A DNA stretch of 28,214 nucleotides, taken from positions 3,460,962 to 3,489,175 of the forward strand of contig NC_057755.1 in assembly GCF_004010195.1 (NCBI RefSeq). The letters run 5' to 3'. The translations under genes were made by a program, and so were the position numbers. The notes under the pieces were generated by a model. The model ran no database searches and was not told the origin of the DNA. It saw only the letters and a program-made list of their open reading frames with translations. Every line of letters begins with the position of its first letter. Positions within the stretch are counted from its first letter, which is position 1. The DNA is from Chiloscyllium plagiosum. Lineage: Eukaryota. This document shows positions 11,037 through 21,244 of this stretch, piece after piece.

Positions 11037-11892
11037 TTAATTTAGAGACGATTGTCATTCAGACTAAGAGGAAATGCTCCCTCGCTCCTTGCACAACTCG
11101 CAATCTATTGGCGAACTAATACTCATAACAATATCTGACCTTATGGCAACTAGCACTGATGTCAAACGCTATGGGATATTATTACTTTCTGGAATCTCTC
11201 CTGAATATCATCCTTGTGTACAGTATCATCACTGTCCTGTTGTATGGAGCATGAGACTCTTCATTCTGTTCACCCAACACTTTCTCTCGTGATTGACTTG
11301 CGGCTATTTTTTGCCAGAAGCTGAAAAAAATGCACCGAGAGAACTGCAACTTCAGTACCAGCAACAACCTGCACTCAGATTTGTTTTAAAGAACTTTATA
11401 TGAACCTAATTTGATCATTAATAATATTCCAGGGGAATGACATATAAAACCAAACTATGATACTGATTCTTCATGTGTTGGACTTAACCGGTTTGGAAAG
11501 ATTTTCAGATTTTGGTTCCATTTGCTTTAATCCTGCAGCTCAACACTCTGAGAGGCAGATACATTTTTGTGGCCAATGGAGTCCACAACGGACTGAAGGG
11601 TCAGAGCAAGGGAGAGTGTCCCACTGAGCCCGAGATGGAGAACAGGAAGCAGTCTGTGAATTTACTCTTCGCCATATCTGGAAACTGCTTACTTCTGCGG
11701 CTGGTGCATGTCATAAAATTTATATATTACAACGTTAGAAGAGCAGATGACATAGATCCGAAGGATGTAATTCATCAAGTCGGATGGCTGCTGCTAAGTT
11801 TAATTTGCTGCACAGACATATTTATTTATTGTTTGATTCAGTCGAATCAAACAATAAATAAATTATGTAAAGCTATCGATTCAGATCAGTAA
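11037..11892 (+). pseudogene. GPR139-like GPCR pseudogene, large second exon covering the end of TM1 to TM7
   Basis: Acceptor ctttctccatcttgcag at 11036/11037, phase 1. Pieced translation: (V)NLETIVIQTKRKCSLAPCTTRNLLA...YYYFLESLLNIILVYSIITVLLYGA*DSS...TFSRD*LAAIFCQKLKK/CTERTA...YEPNLIINNIPGE*HIKPNYDTDSSCVG.../LVPFALILQLNTLRGRYIFVANGVHNGLKGQSKGECPTEPEMENRKQSVNLLFAISGNCLLL...QVGWLLLSLICCTDIFIYCLIQS. This follows the recalled shark family motifs (VNLVAIVILSRGKCGLS, FDRFVAICCQKLK.KYCT, DPEMENRRKSIILLFAISG, SCCTNTFIY..TQS). Stops at 11117, 11126, 11252, 11294 and 11438. Frameshifts near 11330, 11398 and 11510. Confidence 0.9.
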
Positions 11893-12329
11893 TGAATACA
11901 ATCACTGATAGTAGCTGAGAACCGGGTCCCAGTTTCAGCTGTTCATGAATAGAAACAGCAATCCGTTGACTCCCAAAGGAGTAGAGAAAAGGACAGGGCA
12001 GGATGGAGAAAGTGATTCTCCTAGAAAAGAGAATGTAAATGAAGCTTACAGGCAGGTCAGTGCGCTCTCTCCATGTCAAAAGAGACAACAGTCACAGTTT
12101 CTCATCCACTGCCAGGTGTTTGAACCTCAACTCTTCAATTTTGCTAAGATTGGAATTCAATTCGAGCTTCCAAAAGTTAAACTTGCGTCGACACTGACAT
12201 TGTGTGTTTGTTTTTGGAATTCACAAACATTACTTACTTGTTGAAGTATTTGATCCCTCGTAATTCCATTCATTCCAAATTCTTCGACAATATTTCAATT
12301 CCCTCACTGGTCTTCATTCTGGCAGGCAA

Positions 12330-12622
12330 TCCCTGTAATCCTTCATTTCCCATGGCCAATCCAGCTCACCTGCATTCCCATGGACACTATGGGTAATTTA
12401 GCATGGCCAATCCCGCTAACCTACATATCCATGGACACTATAGGCAATTTAGCATGGCCAATCCAGCTAACCTGCACTTCCAGGAACACAATGGGTAATT
12501 TAACATGGCCAATCCAGCTAACCTGCACATCCAGGGACACTGTGGGCAATTTAACATAGTGAATCCCCCTCACCTGGACCTGTTGGACTGTGGGAGGAAA
12601 ACAAATTACCCAGCAGAAATCC
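12330..12622 (-). mobile_element. HE1-type V-SINE fragment with an internal 51-bp tandem array
   Basis: Units start at 12352, 12403, 12454, 12505 and 12556 (the last is divergent). The unit matches aatttagcgtggccaattcacctgacctgcacatc in the SINE at 17980-18014 and continues into ttggactgtgggaggaaa. Confidence 0.85.
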
Positions 12623-12629
12623 ATTTTCG

Positions 12630-12830
12630 TTTTGACTGTTTTGTGCGTCTGTAAGTATGTGTGTGTGTGTGTGTCTGTGAGTGTATTTGGTGTGTTCCTT
12701 ATTTTATTTGTCAGTATGTTCCTATATCTTGCTGTATTCCTGTGTTTAGGTCTGTTTGTACGACTGAGGGTGTGGTTGTAAATCTGTGTCCCTTTGGTTG
12801 TGAATATGTTTCTCTCTCAGCTTGAGATTG
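12630..12830. repeat. GT-rich low-complexity tract
   Basis: Imperfect (TG)n. Confidence 0.75.
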
Positions 12831-13094
12831 ACTCTCATGAAAACGGGCAAGTGAACCATACAGCAGGCCACGCTGCACAGATTGCTCACAAATATGCACT
12901 TATGGGAACCTGGGAAAGGCGAACTGTTTCTTCTGTTCAAAGGCCTGCATAATGAACTGAACAAGACAGGGGAAGATTCATTGAAAGGCTGGACACCAGC
13001 TTTTTTGTGCATGCTTCAACCAAGCATGCAAAATATAAATAATGTTTTATATTGAAAGTGCCTGTGTCCCTTTATGAATATTGTTATATATTGG

Positions 13095-13405
13095 ATCATA
13101 AGGCCATACAAATTAGGAGTTGAAAAACGGCATTTAGCCCTATCGAGTCAACAGTGGCATTTATTTCTCAATCCCAATCTCCTGCATTCTGCGGGTAATA
13201 TTTGATCCCCTTACCAATCGCTATTCCACAAACACTTTCCTAAATATGCTCAATATCCTGGTCTCCACAGCCCTCTGTGGCAATGATTTCCATGGGTGAC
13301 CCACCATTACACTGAAGAAATTCATCCTCATCTCCATTCCAAAGGTCTGTCCTTCACTCTGAGGCTGTGCTCTCAGAGCATAGTCTCTCCTACATGTGGA
13401 AACAA
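13095..13405 (-). mobile_element. CR1 LINE 3' end
   Basis: The end of ORF 13221-13526 reads GQTFGMEMRMNFFSVMVGHPWKSLPQRAVE, matching CR1 F.TEMRRNFFSQRVV.LWNSLPQRAVE. The tail is near 13095-13150. Confidence 0.85.
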
Positions 13406-13699
13406 TTGATGAGCACAAGGTGAAATGGGAGGATTCTTCACAAAAGGATGTGCAATGTTGTTTTAAAGCTTTGGGAAACTGGCTGTGGACTGTTTGGAAT
13501 CGGTGGACTGGACCAGGTCTTCGCAATCAACACTTTGGGATGGATCTGCAGTCCCAGCGGCGGTCGGAAGGGTGGCAGCACAGAGCAGCGGCGATCACAC
13601 GTTCGCGTGTCTTGGTGAATGATGAGGCTGGGACACCCAGTCTCTCAGTATTCTGACACAAAACACATATTCTGGCAGGGGTGTGGAGGAGGCACTAAT

Positions 13700-14800
13700 T
13701 GAAGAGCACTGGGAAAAGAGAGAGAGCTAAATACAAATAGAAAGAGGGTTAACGATTGTAATTGACAGAGAACTTAATCAAGAAAAATGAGGAGATTATT
13801 AAACATACAATTAGTGTGGTTTAAATAGGGAATAATAGGGAGAGAGCTGAATACTGGGAATGGGAGCGGGATGTTGAAGACAGAACAGGGAGAAGATTTT
13901 AGAGAAAGCAATAGTGGGAGAAGTATGTAGATAGTAAGAGGAAGTGTATCGATTACAGGGGCACATGGAGAGTTTTAATACGGGGAGAATGTAGCGAATA
14001 TATTGAGGTAAGCCAGATGGATCTCATTGAATATGGGACTGTTAACCTGGTCTAGTCATGGGGTCCTGGCTGACAGCAATAAACAGGAATATCAGGGATT
14101 CTGCCGAGTCAAGTAACCAGCTTTGTGCTGGCTGGGTCAGTGTCACATACTGTGTATGCGTAAAATCAGTGACTTGTTGACGGGTTACTAAACTTTATGG
14201 AACATAAGAAGATTTGATACAGAATAACAGGGAGAGTGTATAGTAGAGTGGAGTGCAGTGAGAATTACGTTACGGGGAAAGGAAGTGGAGTAAAACAGTG
14301 TAATAGAGAAAGAACTAAATAGAGACTAATGAGAAGAGAGTTGAATGCAGTATAATTGGGAAAGTCTTAAATCCAGGAAAAATGTGATTGTTAAATACAG
14401 AGTGGAGAGGATTTAGTGGTGACGAATAATGAGAAGGCTAATTAGTGAGCAATAGGGAGAAAACTGAATTCAGAGACAGGGTTAAAGACTGTCGTCTCAA
14501 ATATCCATTTAAATAGAGCGGGTTCAGTGGAGAATTGTCGTGAGAGGGTTAAACATGAAATAATAGGGACAGTATTAAACAGAGAGTAATAGGGAGAGGG
14601 TTGAACTGAGCGGAAGAGAGATAAAGATGGTTAAATACAATGGAATATACAGGATCAAACATAGGTAAAGGTAGATTAAGAGTAATGGGGGAAGAGTAAA
14701 TGCAGAATAATAAGGGAAGGATGAAATATGGGGCAATTAATAGAGATAACTGAATACAGATATTGGCTTAAATGTTGATTCATAGGGAGAAGTTACCACA
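13700..14800. repeat. AG-rich degenerate minisatellite / low-complexity tract
   Basis: Recurring variants of aatagggagagggtt(a/g)aatac. Confidence 0.7.
14005..14205 (+). mobile_element. Short LTR-like interspersed repeat (putative solo LTR)
   Basis: gaggtaagccagatggatctcattgaatatgggactgttaacctggtctagtca...gtaaaatcagtgacttgttgacggg aligns by eye with 22010-22221. The LTR class is an inference. Confidence 0.5.
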
Positions 14801-15149
14801 AAGAAGTCTCATCCCTTCAAATTTCCAAACCTCAATACTGAGCCTTGGCTCTCCCTCTGTCCATTTGCTTTGCCTCCCAGGATCACCTCTCTCCGCCTCA
14901 CCTTCTTTCCCTTATTCCCAATGCAGTTGTCGTTGAACCTCGCACACACTCACACTCCTCATACCTTCTCTTTTCCTCCTGCCATCGCTTTTTCGTATAG
15001 AACAGTGTGAATTGACGTAATGCCCTTTTGCTGTTCTTGTAATCACATGAGAGGGGATGAATGGCCTTCAACCTCTCCTCTTTACCACCTCAAACTGAGC
15101 TAAACTGCCTCCTCCTCTTCCTCTGTATCAGTCTCAAAAATGAGCTTTT

Positions 15150-15470
15150 CCATTCAGTCACGGGGTGAGGGCATTGCTGACCAGCGCCAGCATTGTTGCC
15201 CATCTCTAATTGCCTCGAGGGCAGTTAAGTGTCAACCGCATTGTTGTGGGTCTGGAATCACATGCTCCCGTTCATTTAAGGATGGAGTTTTACCTCTTGA
15301 ACGGACATGAGTGGATCAATAATTAATCTTAGATTTGTGTTCTCTTTAATTAGCATCTTTAATTCCAGACATTTACTGAATTCAAATTGCACTATCTGCT
15401 GTATTCCAGAACATTACCTGGCTATCTTGATTAACAGTCCAGCAATAATTCCATGAAGCCATTTTCTCCA
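15150..15470 (-). mobile_element. tRNA-derived SINE (family of 1-192), near full length, decayed
   Basis: gccagcattgttgcccatctctaattgcc...ttgtgggtctggaatcacatg...aattccagacatttactgaattcaaatt is reverse-complementary to motifs in 1-192. Confidence 0.75.
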
Positions 15471-15494
15471 ACTACTGGATGACCTCCTTTTTAT

Positions 15495-15690
15495 AGCAGG
15501 CTGGAGAAGGGGCTGAATGAAAACCGTAGAGCTGCAGACGCTGTAAGTCAAAAACAAAATCAGGACTTGCTGGAAAAACTCAGCAAGTCTGCTGGCATCT
15601 GTCAAGAGTAATCGGAGCTGAATGGCCTCCTGTTCGAGTGTAACAGGCCGGAGAAGGGGCTGAATGGCCTTCTCCTATTCTAGTGTTGCA
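15495..15690 (+). repeat. Short tandem CR1-tail-like units (caggctggagaaggggctgaatg) interrupted by a fragment of a common shark interspersed repeat
   Basis: The unit is seen at about 15497, 15615 (partial) and 15643. The insert tgctggaaaaactcagcaagtctgctggcatc is related to 26009-26041 and to the arms at 27467-27593. Confidence 0.55.
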
Positions 15691-16059
15691 GGGTGTGTGT
15701 ATGGCAACCGGACACGCATTTAGTCATTAAAAACGAAGCAATGCTTTGTCCATTGAATTAAAATCAAAATCTGTCAGTGATATTTGCAAGTCTCTGTCTA
15801 TCTGTTCTCCTGTTAAGGAATATCTTAAATAAAGGTTCCGTGCATTATTCTAAATACTTCAGCTCTTCACAGTCAATTAGTGCGCTGCATCTATGCATAT
15901 TTTATACAATTAACCAGGGAAAGGGGCAGGAAAACGGTGGAGGTGAGAATTGCTTAATCCTTTTGGTAAAGAGCGGCACTATAAATTGACTGACCCAATT
16001 CTGGAGGGGATGTCATAATGTCAAGTCTTGGAGGTGTACTTTTTTTTGGTAAGTGACTG

Positions 16060-16300
16060 GGCAGGTTGGGCAGGCTTCTAAAAATCCATATAATATCCAG
16101 TTAGAGCACAAACGTGAGGGAAATGTTGCTAAAACAGTATAATTCACGGTTTCAGCCACGATTGAGGGAAGCAGATCTGCTTTGAACCATTGAAAAATGA
16201 AAGTCCTGTAATGAGTCAAAATTGATTTCTGCCCATTTCTCAGTACCACACATTTGGAAAAATGTCAATGCCTTGGATCGGTTCTGGGAAGAGATTAACA
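16060..16300 (+). mobile_element. Decayed CR1 ORF2 fragment
   Basis: tagagcacaaacgtgagggaaatgttgctaaaacagtataattc...aaaaatgtcaatgccttggatcggttctgggaagagattaaca resembles IEYKSREV.LKLY...KDVNALERVQKRFT. Confidence 0.55.
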
Positions 16301-16830
16301 GTCACAGAGACATAGCAACAGGCGATTCAGCCCACTCGAGCGTTTCAATGGCGTGCAATGGCGGATCTGTAAGGTAATTTCGTACACCCTGTGTTTGTGA
16401 CTTACTTCTTAATATGTATGCATAACAAAGACAAAATCTATCTCAGATTTAAAATTAACAACTGGTCCAGCATTAAATGCCAAGTGGCACTAACCTGCCC
16501 TTCCAAGTATCCACAACCTTTTCTGTGTAGAAGTGTTCCTTAACATTTCTCCAGAGCACACTGTCCCTAATTCACTGACTATTTCCCTTTGTTCGAGAAT
16601 CGATGACCAGGTTTATCTTTATCTACCCTGTGTTCTAATCTCGAGAGAGAGCAGGGCAGGCCTAATTTGCACAGTCTGTCCTCATACCTATACCCTGAAA
16701 GTAGAGGTATCATTCTTGTAAATCTACTCTGTGTTCCTTCTTATGCCAATATTTCCTTCCAAATATTTGGTGCTTGGATCTACTCCCAATAAGATCAAAT
16801 CAGAATATTTCCTACCTGCAGCATAACTCC
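16300..16830 (-). mobile_element. Decayed CR1 LINE 3' portion
   Basis: Tail ggcgattcagcccactcgag. ttccaagtatccacaaccttttctgtgtagaagtgtt is antisense to KHFYTxRVVxxWN, and ggtatcattcttgtaaatct is antisense to RFTRMIP. Confidence 0.7.
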
Positions 16831-16834
16831 TGTG

Positions 16835-16970
16835 GCCTTACATGGGATGAGAGGCTCACCATTAAGGATAGCAATTATGGCCGAACACATTGCTGTGGGT
16901 CCTGAGTCACATAAAGGCCAGACCAGGTAAGGATGGCCGTTGCCTTCCCTAAAGGACATGAGTGAAACTT
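16835..16970 (-). mobile_element. Fragment of the tRNA-derived SINE (family of 1-192)
   Basis: gagtcacataaaggccagaccaggtaaggatggc closely matches the reverse complement of gccatccttacctgttctggcttacatatgactc at 76-109. Confidence 0.8.
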
Positions 16971-17328
16971 TACTTAGTGATTTCTTTTCTCTTGAAAAAT
17001 ACGAAGGCAAAATCATTAAACAAGGAGGTGACCATTTCCCTGTAGACATTGACAATATCCCCTGTAGGCTTCGTTTTCATATATTCTGACCTACTGCAAA
17101 ATTTGTCAGCCTCGTTTTACACCAATAATCAGACTTGGTTAATTATTTTCGAAATAGAAGATAGATAAATATGCAACTTTACAAAACCAGTTTTTCCCTC
17201 TAATATCCCGAGTAACATAACAGTTCTGAAATATCTATGCCCGCAAACTGGCTTAAAATATGCGATTACAGCTCGTTGAACTGGAGTTGGGTCAGTACTT
17301 CCTTCTCATAAGGTTCTTGCTTCGTTGT

Positions 17329-17687
17329 NNNNNNNNNNNNNNNNNNNNNNNNNNNNNNNNNNNNNNNNNNNNNNNNNNNNNNNNNNNNNNNNNNNNNNNN
17401 NNNNNNNNNNNNNNNNNNNNNNNNNNNNNNNNNNNNNNNNNNNNNNNNNNNNNNNNNNNNNNNNNNNNNNNNNNNNNNNNNNNNNNNNNNNNNNNNNNNN
17501 NNNNNNNNNNNNNNNNNNNNNNNNNNNNNNNNNNNNNNNNNNNNNNNNNNNNNNNNNNNNNNNNNNNNNNNNNNNNNNNNNNNNNNNNNNNNNNNNNNNN
17601 NNNNNNNNNNNNNNNNNNNNNNNNNNNNNNNNNNNNNNNNNNNNNNNNNNNNNNNNNNNNNNNNNNNNNNNNNNNNNNNNNNNNNNN
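17329..17687. other. Assembly gap (359 N)
   Basis: Run of N. Confidence 1.
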
Positions 17688-17855
17688 CGACCATCACCGC
17701 CTCAAGGAAGAGAAGATAAAGATGAAGATGAGCGAGTAAAGAAGAAAGAAGGATGAGACTGACCTGGCGGTCAGAATCAAATGGGCTCAGAATACTGAAT
17801 GCTGCCTACAGTGTCAAACACCTGCCAGCTTTAAACAGAAATTCATGAGGAAGTG

Positions 17856-18152
17856 GATTAGATTAGATTCCCTACAGTGTGGAAACAGGCCTTTCGGCCC
17901 AACAAGTCCACACCGGCCCTCCGAAGAGTAACTTACCCAGTCCCATTTCCCTCTGACTATTGCACCTAGCACTATAAACAATTTAGCGTGGCCAATTCAC
18001 CTGACCTGCACATCTTTGAACTGAGGGAGTAAACCGGAACACCCGGAGGAAACCCACGCAGATACTGGGGAGAATGTGCAAACTCCACATTCACAGTCGC
18101 CCGAGGCTGGAATCGAATCTGGGACCTTGGTGATGTGATGCAAGTGCTAACC
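17856..18152 (-). mobile_element. HE1-type V-SINE (tRNA-derived head, V core, CR1-derived tail)
   Basis: On the minus strand: B-box-like GATTCGATTCC, V-SINE core tgcgtgggtttcctccgggtgttccggttt, tail gggccgaaaggcctgtttccacactgtagggaatct with a (AATCT)n end. Similar to 26167-26494. Confidence 0.9.
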
Positions 18153-19360
18153 GGATGAGGGACGTTCACCAGCCTGCAGTGCTTCTCCTGTGAAATGAGA
18201 CGAGAGAGATTGGGATGTGTTTTGGTTAAATCTTCCAATGTCAAGTTGGCGTTGTTCTCTGACACCTGCCTCCTGCTGGTCAGCAAGGGAAAGTGGAATC
18301 TGACCGTGTAACAGGTGATCCCAGAAAACATGGAGGTGCTTGAAATGGAGAACCGTGAAGGGGAATCCCAAAGTCCAGAAAAGCGTGCAGAATCCTCACC
18401 TGCTGCAGGCGGTGGGGGTTGATGTCATGCAGGATCTCCCAGACGTGAAGAGCCAGAGAGCCTCACTCTGTACATCAGAAGCCTCCAAGATATTCTCCCC
18501 GTCCAAGGTCCACACCATGGAGAAGGCTGAGATATGCTCACCTTTGGTCTTCCAGAAGTTGAACGGTGAGTGCTGTGTGCTCAGAGCCTGAAGAAAGAAG
18601 ATGGTTCTGCAACATTTTCTCAGACTGACATATTGAGGATGAGCAAATCCTTTTGTGTCAGACTGATTGACACGAAGCCCACAGACAGCACGGCTTTCTG
18701 GTCATTCCTTGCTATCATGTACGTCTTCGATGACAGCACACGAGAGAGGCTGCACCAACCATTATCTGCGGATGCGCTGACCTAGACCCTCGAGTCCATC
18801 GAAATGAGGAAGACTCGCTGAAGAGACGAGTTGTATTCGACTGTGTGAGTTGTGACTGGCCAGGACCTAGCATACTTCTAACAGGCAGGCTTTGTGAATC
18901 CATGAAAAAAGTTTTCATTCCCCTCATTTGCAATCAGAAGGGGAAGAGGGACAACGAACGACCAACTTCATTGATGATTGTCAATTGAAATAATCTGACT
19001 AAGTTCATCACCAATCGGGTTAGAACTGCTTTCGGATCAGTGATTCACCCCGAACCTGACTGTATAGTCAGCATCACACTTCCCAGGGATAGAATCGCCG
19101 ATGTGCAGGACAGGACAGGGGAGTTGGAAGCCTCCCCCAACAGCCTGGAGTAGAAGGTCTTTGACAGGATCTCACACACATACATGTGGAATGTGCTCAC
19201 CGACGTGGTCTTTGGCAAGAGATTGCATAAATGAAACCGACTGATATACACAAGCATAACCAATGCAGACTTAGTCATCAGTTGTGAATCAGAAAGCTTC
19301 CTGATCAAATCCACAGACAGGCAGTCCTGCACATTCTCAACTGTCCTGTCTTATTGTTGA
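18153..19360 (+). mobile_element. Degenerate Tx1/L1-like non-LTR retrotransposon ORF2 (linker and RT N-terminal half)
   Basis: Frame-shifted pieces read EKAEICSPLVFQK, SLKKEDGSATFSQTDILRMSKSF..TKPTDSTAF.SFL..DDSTRERLHQPLS, ITNRVRTAFGSVIHP, LE*KVFDRISHTYMWNVL, and SESFLIKSTDRQSCTFS (decayed GVRQGCPLS). These are typical of Tx1-clade RT. Confidence 0.85.
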
Positions 19361-19444
19361 CCTGAAGACAACAATGTTGAAAATCATTCAAGAATTTCTT
19401 CCTCTTTAATAATTATCACAAGTGATAGCGTTGGTAAGTACAAT

Positions 19445-19937
19445 TTAGGAGACTCCAAAGTGTTTTTGCAAATATATTATGAACAAAAGGGTAACTAGGG
19501 AAAGAATAGGGCCCCTCAAAGATGAGCAAGGAGGCCTTTGTGTGGAGCCACAGAAAATGGGGGAAATACTAAATGAATATTTTGCATCAGTATTTGCTGT
19601 GGAAAAGGATATGGAAGATATATACGGTAGGGAAATAGATGGTGACATCTTGCAAAATGTCCAGATTACAGAAGAGGAAGTGCAAGATTCCTTGAAACGG
19701 TTAAAGGTGGTAAATCCCAAGGACCTGATCAGGTGTACCCGAGAACTCTGTGGGAAGCTGGAGAAGTGATTGCTGGGCCTCTTGCCGAGATATTTGTATC
19801 ATCGATAGTCACAAGTGAGGTGCCAGATGACTGGAGGTTGGCAAACGTGGTGCCATTGTTTAAGAAGGGCGGTAAAGACAAGCCAGGGAAATATAGGCCG
19901 GTAAGCTTGACCTCGGTGGTGGGCAAGTTGTTGGAAG
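19445..19937 (+). mobile_element. Relatively well-preserved CR1 ORF2 fragment (pre-RT and RT start)
   Basis: NKRVTRERIGPLKDEQGGLCVEPQKMGEILNEYFASVF, and YPRTLWEA.EVIAGPLAEIF...VPDDWRLANVVPLFKKGGKDKPGKYRPVSLTSVVGKLLE. Confidence 0.95.
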
Positions 19938-20589
19938 AGCATGTATGCTGTCTTTTCACTGGAAGGAGATGAGTATAAGGCATGTTAATGTATACAGTTC
20001 TTAATTTTTTAAGCAAGCTATTTCGACATATAATGACAAAGATTTGCAGATTGAACTTGAACCTGGACCCTCTGGCCTTAAGTAGTAATACTATCACTGC
20101 ATTAAAATGTAGTTATTGATAGACATTAAGAGACATTATTATTTGTCTTTCAGTTTAACCTTTTGATAGAGAATTTGTCCTTTTTTTTTGGAGATGTTTG
20201 CCTCTTGGCTGTTAATTAGTATTGCCATCCTCTTTTTTGGATGATTAGGACAGCCAGAACTTGTCTCTCGAGTTCAATGCTCCAAGGATGTGGGAGATCC
20301 CTTGTTGGGATACAACCCCTGCCAGTTCTATCTTTGGCTAGGTAAGGATCGTTTTTGTCTGAATTGAGTAATTGTGTCCCTTGTTTTTGAGGACAGCCTG
20401 TTCGAGGTTTGGTTGGTTGATAGTTTTAAGGCTTCCTTGAGAGTTACAAGTTCAGTTTTAAATAACCAAGTAATCTCTTCTTTTGGTGTTTCAGGTGTCT
20501 AAAACATTAACAACTTTTTATTATAAACAAGCTTGCCTTGTAAATCTTAATTATACACACATTACAAACAGAAGCAACAAAACAATTAC

Positions 20590-21050
20590 AAGATTTACAA
20601 GGATGTTGCCAGGGTTGGAGGATTTGAGCTATAGGGAGAGGCTGAACAGGCTGGGGCTGTTTTCCCTGGAGCGTCGGAGGCTGAGGGGTGACCTTATAGA
20701 GGTTTACAAAATTATGAGGGGCATAGATAGTATAAATAGACAAAGTCTTTTCCATGGGGTCGAGGAGTCCAGAACTAGAGGGCATATATTTAGGGTGAGA
20801 GGGGAAAGATATAAAAGAGACCTAAGGGGAAACGTTTTCACACAGAGGGTGGTATGTGTATGGAGTGAGCTGCCAGAGGATGTGGTGGAGGCTGGTACAA
20901 TTGCAACATTTAAGAGGCATTTGGATGGGTATATGAATAGGAAGGGTTTGGAGGGATATGGGCCGGGTGCTGTCAGGTGGGACTGGATTGGGTTGGGATA
21001 TCAGGTCGAAGGGTCTGTTTCCATGCTGTACATCACTATGAGGTTCTATT
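20590..21050 (+). mobile_element. Well-preserved CR1 3' end
   Basis: RFTRMLPGLEDLSYRERLNRLGLFSLERRRLRGDLIEVYKIMRG...FTQRVVCVWSELPEDVVEAGTIATFKRHLDGYMNRKGLEGYG, followed by the tail gtcgaagggtctgtttccatgctgta...ttctat. Confidence 0.95.
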
Positions 21051-21136
21051 CACTTAGAAACTCTTGATTAAGGTTCCTCAATCTATCATTGCTCATTGAT
21101 GCATCAATTCTTTATTTAGATTCAGGACCCGAGTTT

Positions 21137-21244
21137 CAGACTCAAATACTTCCTTCTCAAACTTAGTAAACTTAATGCGTTTGAAGATCACAGACTCAAA
21201 TACTTCCTTCTCAAACTTAGTAAACTTAATGCGTTTGAAGATCA
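21137..21244. repeat. Perfect 54-bp tandem duplication
   Basis: cagactcaaatacttccttctcaaacttagtaaacttaatgcgtttgaagatca occurs at 21137-21190 and 21191-21244. Confidence 0.97.

Noticed and set aside
11140..11254. Hydrophobic stretch resembling a TCR-gamma or IgM transmembrane exon (YYYFLESLLNIILVYSIITVLLY)
   Set aside because: The context shows it is ECL1/TM3 of the GPR139-like pseudogene.
12352..12590. Regularly spaced repeats as a CRISPR-like array
   Set aside because: These are whole-unit tandem repeats without unique spacers. They are SINE-derived and in a eukaryotic context.
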